Shown here piece after piece: positions 7,727-16,983 of a stretch of 25,562 bases of DNA. The stretch covers positions 1-25,562 of the IMG/VR virus record IMGVR_UViG_3300048577_000324. The stretch is one strand, 5' to 3'. The position numbers and the translations under genes are program-made. Position 1 is the first letter of the stretch. The number at the start of each line of letters is the position of its first letter. Source of the stretch: a virus. Taxonomy: Duplodnaviria; Caudoviricetes. A model generated the notes under the pieces. That model saw nothing but the letters and a program-made list of their open reading frames with translations, was not told the origin of the DNA and searched no databases.

Positions 7727-8126
7727 TTTTCTCCTCCTTGTTTAGCTGCTCCAGAACGGTTTTTAGTTTTTCAGGTATCGGAAGCCCTATTTTACCTGCG
7801 TTCTCCAGGATACTGATTCCTTCATTTGATAAATAGAAAAATATAACGGCAGTGCGTATTGCACTTCCGCTTTTTATCAAATGCGTATCCACTATATTTC
7901 CGATGCCGACCATGACAAATATCAATACCTTTTTGAATATCCCCCTGAAGCCTACCTCACTTGAAAGCTTCTTTTCCAGCACTGCCACCATCAGACCTGT
8001 AATGTAATCTATAACCACAAAGGCAAGCAGTGCATACAGGAAACCGTCAAACCCTCCAAGAAACCAGCCGAGGTATCCTCCCAGGACTGTAAAAAATAGT
8101 TGTATTGAGTTTATTGTGTTTTTCAT
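7716..8126 (-). CDS. Phage holin (toxin secretion/phage lysis holin family)
   Basis: GWFLGGFDG, DYITG, LSSEVGFRGIFKK, NEGISILEN, GLPIP motifs. Confidence 0.93.
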   Translation of the reverse strand: MKNTINSIQLFFTVLGGYLGWFLGGFDGFLYALLAFVVIDYITGLMVAVLEKKLSSEVGFRGIFKKVLIFVMVGIGNIVDTHLIKSGSAIRTAVIFFYLSNEGISILENAGKIGLPIPEKLKTVLEQLNKEEKSDE

Positions 8127-8168
8127 TGATATATCATTCCTTTCTCTTCTTCTTCTTGCTTTATATTT

Positions 8169-9002
8169 TTATTCTATTGCCATCCAGTAGATTGTCTGTG
8201 ATGAATAGTAACCCATTTGCGAGTTTTCAACTGTAATTGAATATGTTCCTGCTACAGTTACTTTCACAGTAGTTGTGGCTATACTTGAACCGTCATCCTT
8301 ACTTCCCAGTTCATAAAAAGTGCCTCCCGGAAAATTTGGGTCAACCCATACTCCGCAAATTCCCGTAGTGCCGCACCTCCATATGAATACAGATGGGGCA
8401 AAGCCCAATGCCGAAGTAAAAAAAGTATTATTCCCAGCAGCCTGTGCAGTTGTTCCGCTTTTCCATCTTCTGCTTGTGCTTGTCCCTGTCAGCAGCCCGT
8501 TTTCTGTTCCAAATGTTACGCCGCTTCTTACATCTGCCTGTGTAACGTTTCCATACTCACCTCCTTCACCCTGTAATATAAAATTTGTACCATTATACCG
8601 CAGCGTATAAATACTGTTAGCCACAAGCTTTCCGGCTGCCAAGGCATTTCCTTTTGAATCCACGATTGATTTTGCACCCAGGCCGCATATATTTATAGTC
8701 GATGCTCCTGTATTAGTGGCATTAATTTTAACTGCAACAGACACGCCTTCGGTATAGCCTTTCATGGCGGGACTAAGTGTTACAGTATAGCTGTTTGCTG
8801 AGCCTGCAGCCGCTGCATATGGTATTTGCAGTGTATAGTTACCGGTATGACTATCCAGTGTTTCCTTGCTTACAAGCTGTACATTTCCTCCTGAATTTCC
8901 CACATATACTTCCCTTGTATCAGTACAAAGTGCAGGCTCTCCCACATCAAGCGAAGGAAGGTTTGTTTTGAGTCCTCGCCGTATTTGAATTTTGTTTGCC
9001 AT
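8169..9002 (-). CDS. Tail fibre / receptor-binding protein
   Basis: N-terminal KIQIRRG...GEPALCTDTREVYVG (Mtd_N/hyaluronidase-N-like), NTGASTINI...FILQGEGG fibre segment, beta-rich C-terminus; last gene before the holin. Confidence 0.75.
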   Translation of the reverse strand: MANKIQIRRGLKTNLPSLDVGEPALCTDTREVYVGNSGGNVQLVSKETLDSHTGNYTLQIPYAAAAGSANSYTVTLSPAMKGYTEGVSVAVKINATNTGASTINICGLGAKSIVDSKGNALAAGKLVANSIYTLRYNGTNFILQGEGGEYGNVTQADVRSGVTFGTENGLLTGTSTSRRWKSGTTAQAAGNNTFFTSALGFAPSVFIWRCGTTGICGVWVDPNFPGGTFYELGSKDDGSSIATTTVKVTVAGTYSITVENSQMGYYSSQTIYWMAIE

Positions 9003-9043
9003 GATTGTTGCTCCTTCGTAATATTTGTTTGTCGTTTTTAAAA

Positions 9044-9859
9044 TTAAAACGAACCTCCGTCTATTGCCCCTCCATATGGAATGTATACAAGTGATTTCAC
9101 ATATGCCGTTGTTGCAAGTCTTGTTGAATTGTCATCAGATGCAGGCGTTGGAGCTGTAGGTGTGCCTGTTAGTGCCGGACTGTTCAATCCTGCTGATATA
9201 TCAAGCTTTGCTTTATCCTCCTTCGACATAAGTCCGTCAAGGCTTGCGGTTGCTTTTGGTATTGCATTTGCCGATATTGCCACCCATGCTTTACCACTGT
9301 AACGATAAGTGTACTCCGTATCCCTGACATTTACCGTCCAGCCGTCCTGCGGAGTCGGATATGCTGCGGATATGTTTTCATAGGTATCGACAGCCTCTTT
9401 CCAGTCTATATTCGTTTCAAGGGATGAAAGCTTGTTGTCTATCTCGGTTTTTGTGTATTTATCAGCCCATGATGTTTTATCTGACTGGGTGACATGAATG
9501 CTATTGTTACCTGTATGTGCCGATATTTCTGTATCAAGTTGATTAATGTTTTTTATCGGTATGTCATACCAGTATGTTTGACCTGTGATACCCTTTATAA
9601 TCTTTGCAATAAAAGAAAATAGCTGTGTCAGTGTTCCTGTGTCGGAAACCTCATCAGCTATTTTCTGATTTATTGTCCTGTTGCCTATGTGTGTGTCTGT
9701 TATTTCATTTTCTCCGATATCCGGATTAATTATCGCTATTTCTGTTCCTGTGCCTATATACAGCTTTTTTGTATCAAGTGCAAAGGCAGGTTCTCCTGCT
9801 TTTAGCTCAAGGCTTTTAAGCTTGCTGCTATGACCCCTTTTTAGTTTAATAGTTGACAT
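9044..9859 (-). CDS. Tail fibre protein / fibre adaptor
   Basis: N-terminal TIKLKRG...GEPAFALDTKKLYIG; fibre repeat SPALTGTPTAPT...LATTAYV; ends DGGSF. Confidence 0.75.
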   Translation of the reverse strand: MSTIKLKRGHSSKLKSLELKAGEPAFALDTKKLYIGTGTEIAIINPDIGENEITDTHIGNRTINQKIADEVSDTGTLTQLFSFIAKIIKGITGQTYWYDIPIKNINQLDTEISAHTGNNSIHVTQSDKTSWADKYTKTEIDNKLSSLETNIDWKEAVDTYENISAAYPTPQDGWTVNVRDTEYTYRYSGKAWVAISANAIPKATASLDGLMSKEDKAKLDISAGLNSPALTGTPTAPTPASDDNSTRLATTAYVKSLVYIPYGGAIDGGSF

Positions 9860-9870
9860 TTTGGTTCTCC

Positions 9871-10830
9871 TTAAAATTCACCGCCGTCTGGTGAAAAGTC
9901 TATATAGGTTTCAAAGAAATCTCCTGCATCTATAGGTATAAATCCAAGGTTTTCTTGAAGATAGCGTACTTTGTTTAAAAGTTCTCCTGCCTCTGTAGCT
10001 CCTATCAGACTTTCTATCTGTTTCAGATAATCCTCCGCTTTTACTGTATACTGCTGCTGTTGGTTTGATAGTTTTATTTCAAATGCATCTGCAGTGGTGG
10101 TAAACCATGTGTTTATATCCTTAAGCCACTGCTCTCTTGCATCTGTATATTCCCCGATAAACTTTGTCAAGTTATCTTGATACCATTGCTTCTTAGCTTC
10201 ACCCCACAAATTTATTTCAGCAAGCCATTTTTCCATGTTCTGATCATATCGTGCCAAGGAATTTTGAAGTTCTGTATCATATCTGCCGCTCATTTGACTA
10301 AACCAACTCTGGTACTGATTGAATATTGCAGTAGTATCCGCCTGCAGGATAGAGTTCACAATGCCGCAGCTTTTTGTATCAAGCCTTGTATCAGTGATCT
10401 CGGCTTCTGTTATCTGATAGGCTCCCTGAGGGATTAAGATATTCGCAAGTCCAAGCTCATAGGCATCTGGTGTGCGTTCCAATGCAGGAGGTGATGGCGT
10501 ATTGTCAGGAGTTCCCTCCTTAACATATATCCGTATATTTCTGTCCACCTGACTCCACCTGAGTACCACACTATCTATCCTTGGTTTTAAGCCGTTTGCG
10601 GTTGGAACCGTCAATATGAGAGTATCTGTATTTTCGTAAAGATATCCGTTTATATACCCTGTGCCGATTTGTGCCTTTATCTGCATCCTGTCATATGCAG
10701 CAATTCTCAGATTGTCAGCAGGCAAAGGAAATATTCCGTTTGTTATAAATTTTGAAAAATATCCTGCAAACGCCTCAGCCTTGTACTTCCTATCCCCCGA
10801 CACAGAATTAAAGAATGCGCTTCTTTCCAC
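9871..10830 (-). CDS. Baseplate / minor tail structural protein
   Basis: FFNSVSGDRKY, PRIDSVVLR, ITDTRLD..CG motifs of Firmicutes siphophage baseplate proteins, followed by a coiled coil; position after the Tal-like gene. Confidence 0.75.
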   Translation of the reverse strand: MERSAFFNSVSGDRKYKAEAFAGYFSKFITNGIFPLPADNLRIAAYDRMQIKAQIGTGYINGYLYENTDTLILTVPTANGLKPRIDSVVLRWSQVDRNIRIYVKEGTPDNTPSPPALERTPDAYELGLANILIPQGAYQITEAEITDTRLDTKSCGIVNSILQADTTAIFNQYQSWFSQMSGRYDTELQNSLARYDQNMEKWLAEINLWGEAKKQWYQDNLTKFIGEYTDAREQWLKDINTWFTTTADAFEIKLSNQQQQYTVKAEDYLKQIESLIGATEAGELLNKVRYLQENLGFIPIDAGDFFETYIDFSPDGGEF

Positions 10831-11864
10831 TAAACCACCCCTTTCAGGCTTTCCTTGAGCAAAGGCAGCGGATTACCGAAAACTACATCGACATGGAATC
10901 CATCTGAATCATAGGTTTCAGCTATTTCCGTTATACGTAGTCTTGCAGATATTCCCAGCAGGCTTGATTTTACAGTTACAATGTCACCTAAGTCAAAATC
11001 CTCCCTGTAGATAAGATTGCCGTTGGTATTTACTGCTGCATCAAAGCTTTCACGTCTACGCTTTTCGTACATTTTTATTCTGCCCTTGAGCTTTAAAGCT
11101 TCAATGTATTTATCATCATTCTCGTAGTCAGCCAAGCGCAAGTCCCTTGCATCAACGAATACTTCCTTACGGCTCAGCCCTGTTTCCCCGCCTGTTACTG
11201 CAAGCTTTCTTTCAATTCCCTCTCCTTCTCCTGCAATAAGTGCAACATTGGCACAATCCCTTATGCTGTCGGTGTAATTTTGTGATAGAAGGTTTTCAAA
11301 CTCTCTTGAAAATACAAACGGGAGTTCACGTCCGTTGTACAGTAAAAGTGTAATACCTTTTGCCGGATTCAGAACTCCTTTTATTCCTGCTTCAGCCGAA
11401 CTACATATTTTAACAACTGTTTCAAGCAGATTATCATAGCTGACCTGCATCCCAAGATTTTTGCCTATGTTTATATTTTCATATTTTAAGTTCGGTATTG
11501 CTCTATCTTCATCAGGAGGGTTTGTTGCGTTGTTATTAATAAGCTGAAAAACACAACTTCCTATATCACCGCTTAAGCTTTCAGTTCCCCATACAATACG
11601 GCTTTCAAGCAAGGCACTTAGAAACCTTCCTCTGACAGTGACGGTTTCCTGTTCCTCCGTTTCAATATTTAATGTTTCTATAACCGCACCCTCATTGTCA
11701 TTAAGCTTCGTCAGTATATTTCCGATTGACAATAGCGGAAGGTTCTCGGGCGCACATTTCAGTTCGAATTCTCCAACATCCGAATATCTTCTGACCCAGC
11801 TTAGGTAAGAGTAACTTTCTATGAAGCCTACCCTTTCATAATTATTGTTATATACGTTTATCAT
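10830..11864 (-). CDS. Siphovirus ReqiPepy6 Gp37-like minor tail (Tal/hub) protein
   Basis: W.RRY..GEFEL, AGEGEG.ER, EVFVDARD, Y.EDFDLGDIVTV motifs; follows Dit. Confidence 0.85.
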   Translation of the reverse strand: MINVYNNNYERVGFIESYSYLSWVRRYSDVGEFELKCAPENLPLLSIGNILTKLNDNEGAVIETLNIETEEQETVTVRGRFLSALLESRIVWGTESLSGDIGSCVFQLINNNATNPPDEDRAIPNLKYENINIGKNLGMQVSYDNLLETVVKICSSAEAGIKGVLNPAKGITLLLYNGRELPFVFSREFENLLSQNYTDSIRDCANVALIAGEGEGIERKLAVTGGETGLSRKEVFVDARDLRLADYENDDKYIEALKLKGRIKMYEKRRRESFDAAVNTNGNLIYREDFDLGDIVTVKSSLLGISARLRITEIAETYDSDGFHVDVVFGNPLPLLKESLKGVV

Positions 11865-11906
11865 CTAAAACCTCCAAACATTGACTTTAATATACTTTTA
11901 TCCGCT

Positions 11907-12761
11907 TTATACTCCGAGGTACTGAGGTCTGTAATACACACTTACTTCAAGGTTGTCCATATTACGCTTTGCATCATAGCGTAACAGGTTTGTTCCTGTG
12001 TCTAGCTGCAGGAAATCAGAGCCACTGTCAAGGCAGGAAAATATATTTGTATTGCCCCCTCCAATACTGCTTTGCACTCTCTTTTTCCCAAAGTGTGTGG
12101 ATATTGTTATAACCTCCCCTGTCTGCATTGTTCTGTTCAGCCTTATAAATTTACCGGTTACAACGTCAATTATCATAGGGTCTTCAACTATGCCGTTGGC
12201 TATAAATTCAAAGGTTGCACCGCAAGGGACACTGCCGGAATTTGGGGCGGCAATAATAAGGCTCTCTTCACGAAAGCCCATCTGGATACCTTCATCAATC
12301 GGGATTTCAAGCTCGAAGCCGAAGTTCGGATGCCAACCTGCGAGCAGCTTTGATATTTCATCAACCGTTTCAAAATATGGCGAGGTGCATAGAAGGCTTA
12401 TAAAAAAGGAGGGCGTTTTCTGACGGTCAGCCTTGAATACAGGTGCCTCCTCCACAATACATGGAATGCTTAGGTTTTTAAAGATCAGCCTGCCTTTCTT
12501 CCTGGGATTAAAGATATTTAGCAGTTTCCTTCTCAGGCTGTATGCCTCCTCAACAGAATCTGCTATTATCCTGCCTTCAATTGTTATGTTTCTCATGTCA
12601 AGGCTACCCGACACAAACACACCTCCGTCCTGATCCGGTGCCTTGAACGTGGAAATGATATGCTTTACTGCACCTGTTCCGTCTATACTCTTAAGATATA
12701 GAGGCTTTTTCTGCAACAAGGCAATGCTTTCTCCGCTTTCATTTATATATGTAACTTCCAC
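11907..12761 (-). CDS. Distal tail protein (Dit, phage tail family)
   Basis: PDQDGG, RNITIEG, C.SPYF, FLQL..G.N motifs; immediately after the TMP. Confidence 0.85.
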   Translation of the reverse strand: MEVTYINESGESIALLQKKPLYLKSIDGTGAVKHIISTFKAPDQDGGVFVSGSLDMRNITIEGRIIADSVEEAYSLRRKLLNIFNPRKKGRLIFKNLSIPCIVEEAPVFKADRQKTPSFFISLLCTSPYFETVDEISKLLAGWHPNFGFELEIPIDEGIQMGFREESLIIAAPNSGSVPCGATFEFIANGIVEDPMIIDVVTGKFIRLNRTMQTGEVITISTHFGKKRVQSSIGGGNTNIFSCLDSGSDFLQLDTGTNLLRYDAKRNMDNLEVSVYYRPQYLGV

Positions 12762-15211
12762 TAAACCACCCCCATCGCCAGCTTTTTAGATGTATTCCTG
12801 AATTCCCGTGCAAGTTCTCTTTCCGATAACGCTTTCGGAGATACGATGGTTATATTCTGAGTAATACCTCCTGAACCTTTGGTTTCATTTATAACCTCTC
12901 GTACAATGCCTTTTAAGTCCTCAAGTGCACCGACAAATTCTGGTCTTTTTTCTCCAACTCCTATTATGCTCGGCCTTGTGAAAATTCCTCCTCTGTCATA
13001 CCATTCGACACCAAAGGACGGCACCTTGGGAGGATTCAGGCTGAAGCCACCGCTTATACTGAAATGCGGGAGCGATATATGCGGAAGGCTTATCGTAAGA
13101 TTTCCAAGAAAGTTCTTTATCCTCTCAATCTGCTCCTTCACGAAGTCCACTGCCGCACTTATTGGTGTAGTTATAGCCGATTTGATACCCTCCCACACTG
13201 TTGTTGTAGTTGTTGAAATACTGTCCCATACATTAGTTACAGTGTCCTTTATTCCATTAACTGCATTTGTAAACAATGAAGTAACCCCGCCCCACATAGT
13301 CAAAAAGAAATTTGAAATCCCGTTCCAAACGGCAGCTGTAGTATTCTTCATCGCATCCCATACGGTGCTTAGCACTGACTGAATAGCTTTCCACACATTA
13401 GTTGTCACTGCTTTGATTGCATTCCAGACACCTGAAACGAGATTTTTTATACCATCGAGTCCAAGCCTTAAAATACTTTTTATGAGCTCAAGCTCTGTTT
13501 GTATTATTTTTTGTATGCCTGTCCATAAATCTGCCGTCAGCATTTTGATGCCATCCCAAACACCCTGCCAGTCGCCTTTTATGAGGCTAGTGACTATTTT
13601 TATAACGTTCTTCACCGCATTTAAAGCAGTATTTACTACGTCTGCCAGTAAATTAAACGCTGCCGAGAATACTTTTATGATGTCATCGCCGTACTCCTTC
13701 CACAGCTTTCCCGCAAAATCAATAAACACCTGAAACAATGCCTTTATAGCTTCAAGCACACCACTGATTGTGCTTTTAATCTGATTCCAAATAGTATTTA
13801 CATTACCTCTGAACTCTTCATTATTTCTGTATAACGCAACAAATATGGCAATTAATGCAGTAACTGCTGCTATCACTATTCCAACAGGCCCGGTTATGGC
13901 AGCAATTGCTCCGCTAAAAACTGCCGATGCACCGTCTGCTGCAGCCATTGCACCTGATACTGCGCTTATAGCTGAAGAAAGGGTGCCGGCAATCGTTATT
14001 ATTTTTCCGATAATCAGTATAACAGGGCCTATTGCAGCAACAACAAGCCCAACTTTTACTATTGTCTCCTGCTGCTCCTTGGACAGTCCCTGAAACTTAT
14101 CCATCAAAGGCTGTATCACCGCCATTAGTCTCTCAAACACAGGAATAAGGATCTGCCCGAACTGGATACCAATTTGCTCTGCCTGCTCCTTCATAGCCCT
14201 GAGCTTGTTTGTTGGGCTGTCCATTGTTCTTGCAAGATCACCCTGTGCTTTTTTTGTTGCCTCCATAATCGCACCATACCTTGCCTGAACCTTCTGAGCC
14301 TCGGTAAGTGTCACCCCCTGCTTTGCAATACCGTTAGTATAGGCGTAGGTCTTTATTGTAGTATCATTAACCAGTATACCAAGTGCTTTCAAAGGCTCCG
14401 CCTCTCCTGAAATGCCGGATTTCAGCTTTTCAAAAGCCTCCTCCGGCTTAAGGTTGTAAAATGAAGCCATGTCATAGGAAAGCTGTGTCAGGCCCTCGGA
14501 CATTTTCAGTGCTTCTTTGGCAGTAAGTCCCATAGATGTGAGCATAACATTGTATGTCGCTACATTCTTTCTCACATTATATGAATTAAGCCCTAGTGCC
14601 TTTGAGGTGTCCTCCGACCACTTCCTTGCAGCTCCCGCCATCTTGCCCATAGATACCTCAAATAGGTTTTCCGATTCTACTGCATCCATAGCCATTTTTG
14701 TTGCGGCAGTGCCGATACCGATAAGCGGGAGTGTAACAGCAGCAGAAAGTTTGCTCCCGGCGGACGACAGGCTGCTTCCAACTGCCTTCATTTTTTGCCC
14801 TGCCGAATCCATGCTCTGTGAAAGCTTGTACCACGCGGAACTTTTGATTTTAAGCTCGGACGTTGTCTGCTTAAGCTCCCTCTGCATGTTATTTAACTCG
14901 GCAGTAGCATAGTTCAGCTTAATTTTAAGGTTCTCAGTGGCTTTGGCATCCTCGCCCTTTTTCACCGCACTCTCGGTAAAGCTTTTATTAAGTGCAACCA
15001 CCTTTTCCTTCTGGAGCTCAATCTGTCTGCTAAGTGTATCTGCTTTCAGCTTAAGTCCCTCAGTGGATTTACCGAAATCACCAAGCTTAGAACTCACAGC
15101 TGCAAATTCACTCTGAACCAGCTTAAGGCTTCTTTGAATCCTTGATACACCCTGCTGAAAACCGCTATCATCAATGCCTACCCTTGCTACAACCGTGTTG
15201 CCATCTCCCAT
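12761..15211 (-). CDS. Tail tape measure protein (816 aa)
   Basis: Start reassigned to ATG 15211 (MGDGNTVVARVG) behind AAGGAGGTG. N-terminal coiled coil, hydrophobic middle, Trp-spaced 11-residue repeats (VWNAIK, VWKAIQ, VWDAMK, VWNGIS), WYDRGG. Confidence 0.93.
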   Translation of the reverse strand: MGDGNTVVARVGIDDSGFQQGVSRIQRSLKLVQSEFAAVSSKLGDFGKSTEGLKLKADTLSRQIELQKEKVVALNKSFTESAVKKGEDAKATENLKIKLNYATAELNNMQRELKQTTSELKIKSSAWYKLSQSMDSAGQKMKAVGSSLSSAGSKLSAAVTLPLIGIGTAATKMAMDAVESENLFEVSMGKMAGAARKWSEDTSKALGLNSYNVRKNVATYNVMLTSMGLTAKEALKMSEGLTQLSYDMASFYNLKPEEAFEKLKSGISGEAEPLKALGILVNDTTIKTYAYTNGIAKQGVTLTEAQKVQARYGAIMEATKKAQGDLARTMDSPTNKLRAMKEQAEQIGIQFGQILIPVFERLMAVIQPLMDKFQGLSKEQQETIVKVGLVVAAIGPVILIIGKIITIAGTLSSAISAVSGAMAAADGASAVFSGAIAAITGPVGIVIAAVTALIAIFVALYRNNEEFRGNVNTIWNQIKSTISGVLEAIKALFQVFIDFAGKLWKEYGDDIIKVFSAAFNLLADVVNTALNAVKNVIKIVTSLIKGDWQGVWDGIKMLTADLWTGIQKIIQTELELIKSILRLGLDGIKNLVSGVWNAIKAVTTNVWKAIQSVLSTVWDAMKNTTAAVWNGISNFFLTMWGGVTSLFTNAVNGIKDTVTNVWDSISTTTTTVWEGIKSAITTPISAAVDFVKEQIERIKNFLGNLTISLPHISLPHFSISGGFSLNPPKVPSFGVEWYDRGGIFTRPSIIGVGEKRPEFVGALEDLKGIVREVINETKGSGGITQNITIVSPKALSERELAREFRNTSKKLAMGVV

Positions 15212-15231
15212 ATGTTCACCTCCTTGGGCGC

Positions 15232-15322
15232 AAAAAAAAGCGTAAATGTTTAAGCCATTATATGGTTTAACACTTACACTTTTATGGTGCAAAAAAACCG
15301 CATTCATTTTCAGAAATGCGGT
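15232..15322 (-). terminator. Two tandem intrinsic terminators between the morons and the TMP
   Basis: ACCGCATT...AATGCGGT plus T-run (15291-15322), and AAAAGTGTAAGTGTT...AACATTTACGC plus T8 (15232-15283). Confidence 0.75.
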
Positions 15323-15342
15323 GATTGTATAGTTTATTGTTA

Positions 15343-15690
15343 TTAATATTTTATAAATATTTTTGGTTGCGTGTTAATAAGTACCTTATATAAATCAGTC
15401 TGTAATATGCGTTTAATTTCTTTTCCTGTTACAAAATAATTGCCATTTTCTCTCTTTAAAACACATGTTATATTGCCAACTTCACCTTCGGTCAAACAAG
15501 TAAGCTGGAAGTACTCAATATTATCATAAATCTCTGTAACAACATAATCTAAATGGTCATCTTTCCCACAAGATAATGCACATTGCTCTGCTAAACTTTT
15601 TTCTGTATTGTAAAATCGAAAACATGCACCTTTGTATATCTTTTCATCGTCTTGTATATTGTCAATTAACATCCAGTCCATTTTAATCAC
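15343..15690 (-). CDS. Moron; hypothetical protein resembling Imm45 polymorphic-toxin immunity proteins
   Basis: AT-rich 115-aa ORF. The pattern W..I......I.KGACFRF...DYVV...QL..L..G.VGNI recalls Imm45 (from memory, unverified). Confidence 0.55.
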   Translation of the reverse strand: MIKMDWMLIDNIQDDEKIYKGACFRFYNTEKSLAEQCALSCGKDDHLDYVVTEIYDNIEYFQLTCLTEGEVGNITCVLKRENGNYFVTGKEIKRILQTDLYKVLINTQPKIFIKY

Positions 15691-15752
15691 CCCAATAAAT
15701 TACTAAAAGAAATTAGTTTATTAAACATGTGCCTACTTACCCGGCTTACCCT

Positions 15753-16244
15753 TTACTTTACAAGTTCCTCAGAGCAATACTTACTCCAGTCTTTTTTCTT
15801 TATCAAATCAATAACACTGTTCCAGTCAAGTGCAGAACTACTGGCATATAAGGCTTCAATTTCCATAAGATATTCTGTTTCCTGCTCATCATTATGATGA
15901 ACGTAGGCATTAAAATCCAGATAAAATTCCTTTCCTTTTTTTACAATTGACACCAAGAGATAATTATTTTTAAGTGAAAATCTAATTTCATCAAACTTTT
16001 TAACTTTCATTCTTTTCAGAACGAACTTTATCACTTCATAGTAATTGGAAGCAATCGTTTCAATATCAACTTCATCGTCCATAAGATTCTCATTATCTTC
16101 AGGCAGAGGTTGTGAAAATAGTCTTTTTTGAATAGGATTTAAATACGTTTTTAATTCATTAACTGTATTATTAATATTCACTTCATTGCCACTTTTCTGA
16201 GTGCTAACTAGTTTCTTCATTAATTTTTCTAACTCTTTATCCAT
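15753..16244 (-). CDS. Moron; hypothetical protein (163 aa)
   Basis: GGAGG RBS, AT-rich, no recognisable motif. Confidence 0.75.
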   Translation of the reverse strand: MDKELEKLMKKLVSTQKSGNEVNINNTVNELKTYLNPIQKRLFSQPLPEDNENLMDDEVDIETIASNYYEVIKFVLKRMKVKKFDEIRFSLKNNYLLVSIVKKGKEFYLDFNAYVHHNDEQETEYLMEIEALYASSSALDWNSVIDLIKKKDWSKYCSEELVK

Positions 16245-16318
16245 AATAATCCTCCATGCTTAAGTACTATTTGCATCTGCTGATTAAAAAACGTTTGTTC
16301 ACACGTAGCATATAAAAA

Positions 16319-16348
16319 ATATTATCCTTTCGCAAGAAAACCTGTCAA
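16319..16348 (-). promoter_or_regulatory. Putative moron promoter
   Basis: TTGACA (16348-16343) with GATAAT at 16-nt or TAATAT at 18-nt spacing. Confidence 0.45.
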
Positions 16349-16391
16349 TAAGAATTTAAGCGAGCTATGTTGTTCTCTACAAATACTATGT

Positions 16392-16595
16392 CTAGAAAAT
16401 GACATTCTCAATCGATTCATACTCTTGGCTTTCACTGATGCCATTAACCGACTTATACACCCCAAACAATGCCTGCAGCTTTTTGGGTGTGCTTCTCCAG
16501 AACTGCTCCTCATGCATTTCCAGTAAATTAGTCCCCAAAAACAAAAGCCACGCCCAGTCCCATCCTTCCTGACCGACGCAGCTCTCTATTCCCCC
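16392..16595 (-). CDS. Tail assembly chaperone C-terminal extension (gpT-like), expressed by -1 frameshift
   Basis: The -1 frame from G GGG GAA (16595-16589) reads GGIESCVGQEGWDWAWLLFLGTNLLEMHEEQFWRSTPKKLQALF...IENVIF*; not in the ORF track. Confidence 0.8.
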   Translation of the reverse strand, partial: GGIESCVGQEGWDWAWLLFLGTNLLEMHEEQFWRSTPKKLQALFGVYKSVNGISESQEYESIENVIF

Positions 16596-16912
16596 TGCAT
16601 TTCTTCCGTAACCTCCGGCATTGACATATTAAGCGCCTCGTTTATTGCTGTCCCAAGCTTCTCCATGTCTTGAAGCGTCAGCATCTGTCCGACTTCTCTC
16701 AGAGTAACACTATCGTTTTCAGCCCTAACCGCCGAATAAATCAGCGCACGTATGGCTTTTATTTTCCTGTTCTGCAAATCCTCAAAGGCTTGGTTGATAT
16801 CTCCGTAGACCTCTTCAAGTTCACAGAATGTATTCATGTCAAATTTCAGTTCATATTCGGCATCACCGAGTTTGAATTTGACACCTTTGTTTTTTAGTTC
16901 TGATGCTTTCAT
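16586..16912 (-). CDS. Tail assembly chaperone (gpG-like)
   Basis: 108 aa, YELKFDMNTFCELEEVYG; lies between major tail and TMP; ends in the slippery sequence CAG GGG GAA TAG. Confidence 0.85.
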   Translation of the reverse strand: MKASELKNKGVKFKLGDAEYELKFDMNTFCELEEVYGDINQAFEDLQNRKIKAIRALIYSAVRAENDSVTLREVGQMLTLQDMEKLGTAINEALNMSMPEVTEEMQGE

Positions 16913-16932
16913 GTGTTCCTCCTTTCGTACAT

Positions 16933-16960
16933 AAAAAAACAGAGAGGTTAGTCCCTGTTT
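16933..16960 (-). terminator. Intrinsic terminator closing the RDD moron cluster
   Basis: AAACAGGGA-loop-TCTCTGTTT followed by TTTT. Confidence 0.7.
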
Positions 16961-16983
16961 ATAATATCTTGAAATTCGTACAT

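Noticed and set aside
8169-8460. Diversity-generating retroelement target in the tail fibre C-terminus
   Set aside because: I saw no reverse transcriptase and no adenine-variant template repeat in the window; only 42 bp separate the fibre and holin genes. A distant DGR cannot be excluded.
8169-9859. Tail-fibre inversion (shufflon) driven by the serine recombinases
   Set aside because: No inverted alternative fibre ends or flanking crossover repeats, and the enzymes are large integrase-type, not small invertases.
15212-15307. N-terminal 32 aa of the 848-aa TMP call
   Set aside because: This stretch spans two terminators; AAGGAGGTG defines the start at 15211.
16322-16513. 63-aa minus-strand ORF
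   Set aside because: Wrong-frame shadow of the frameshifted chaperone extension, running into a promoter region.
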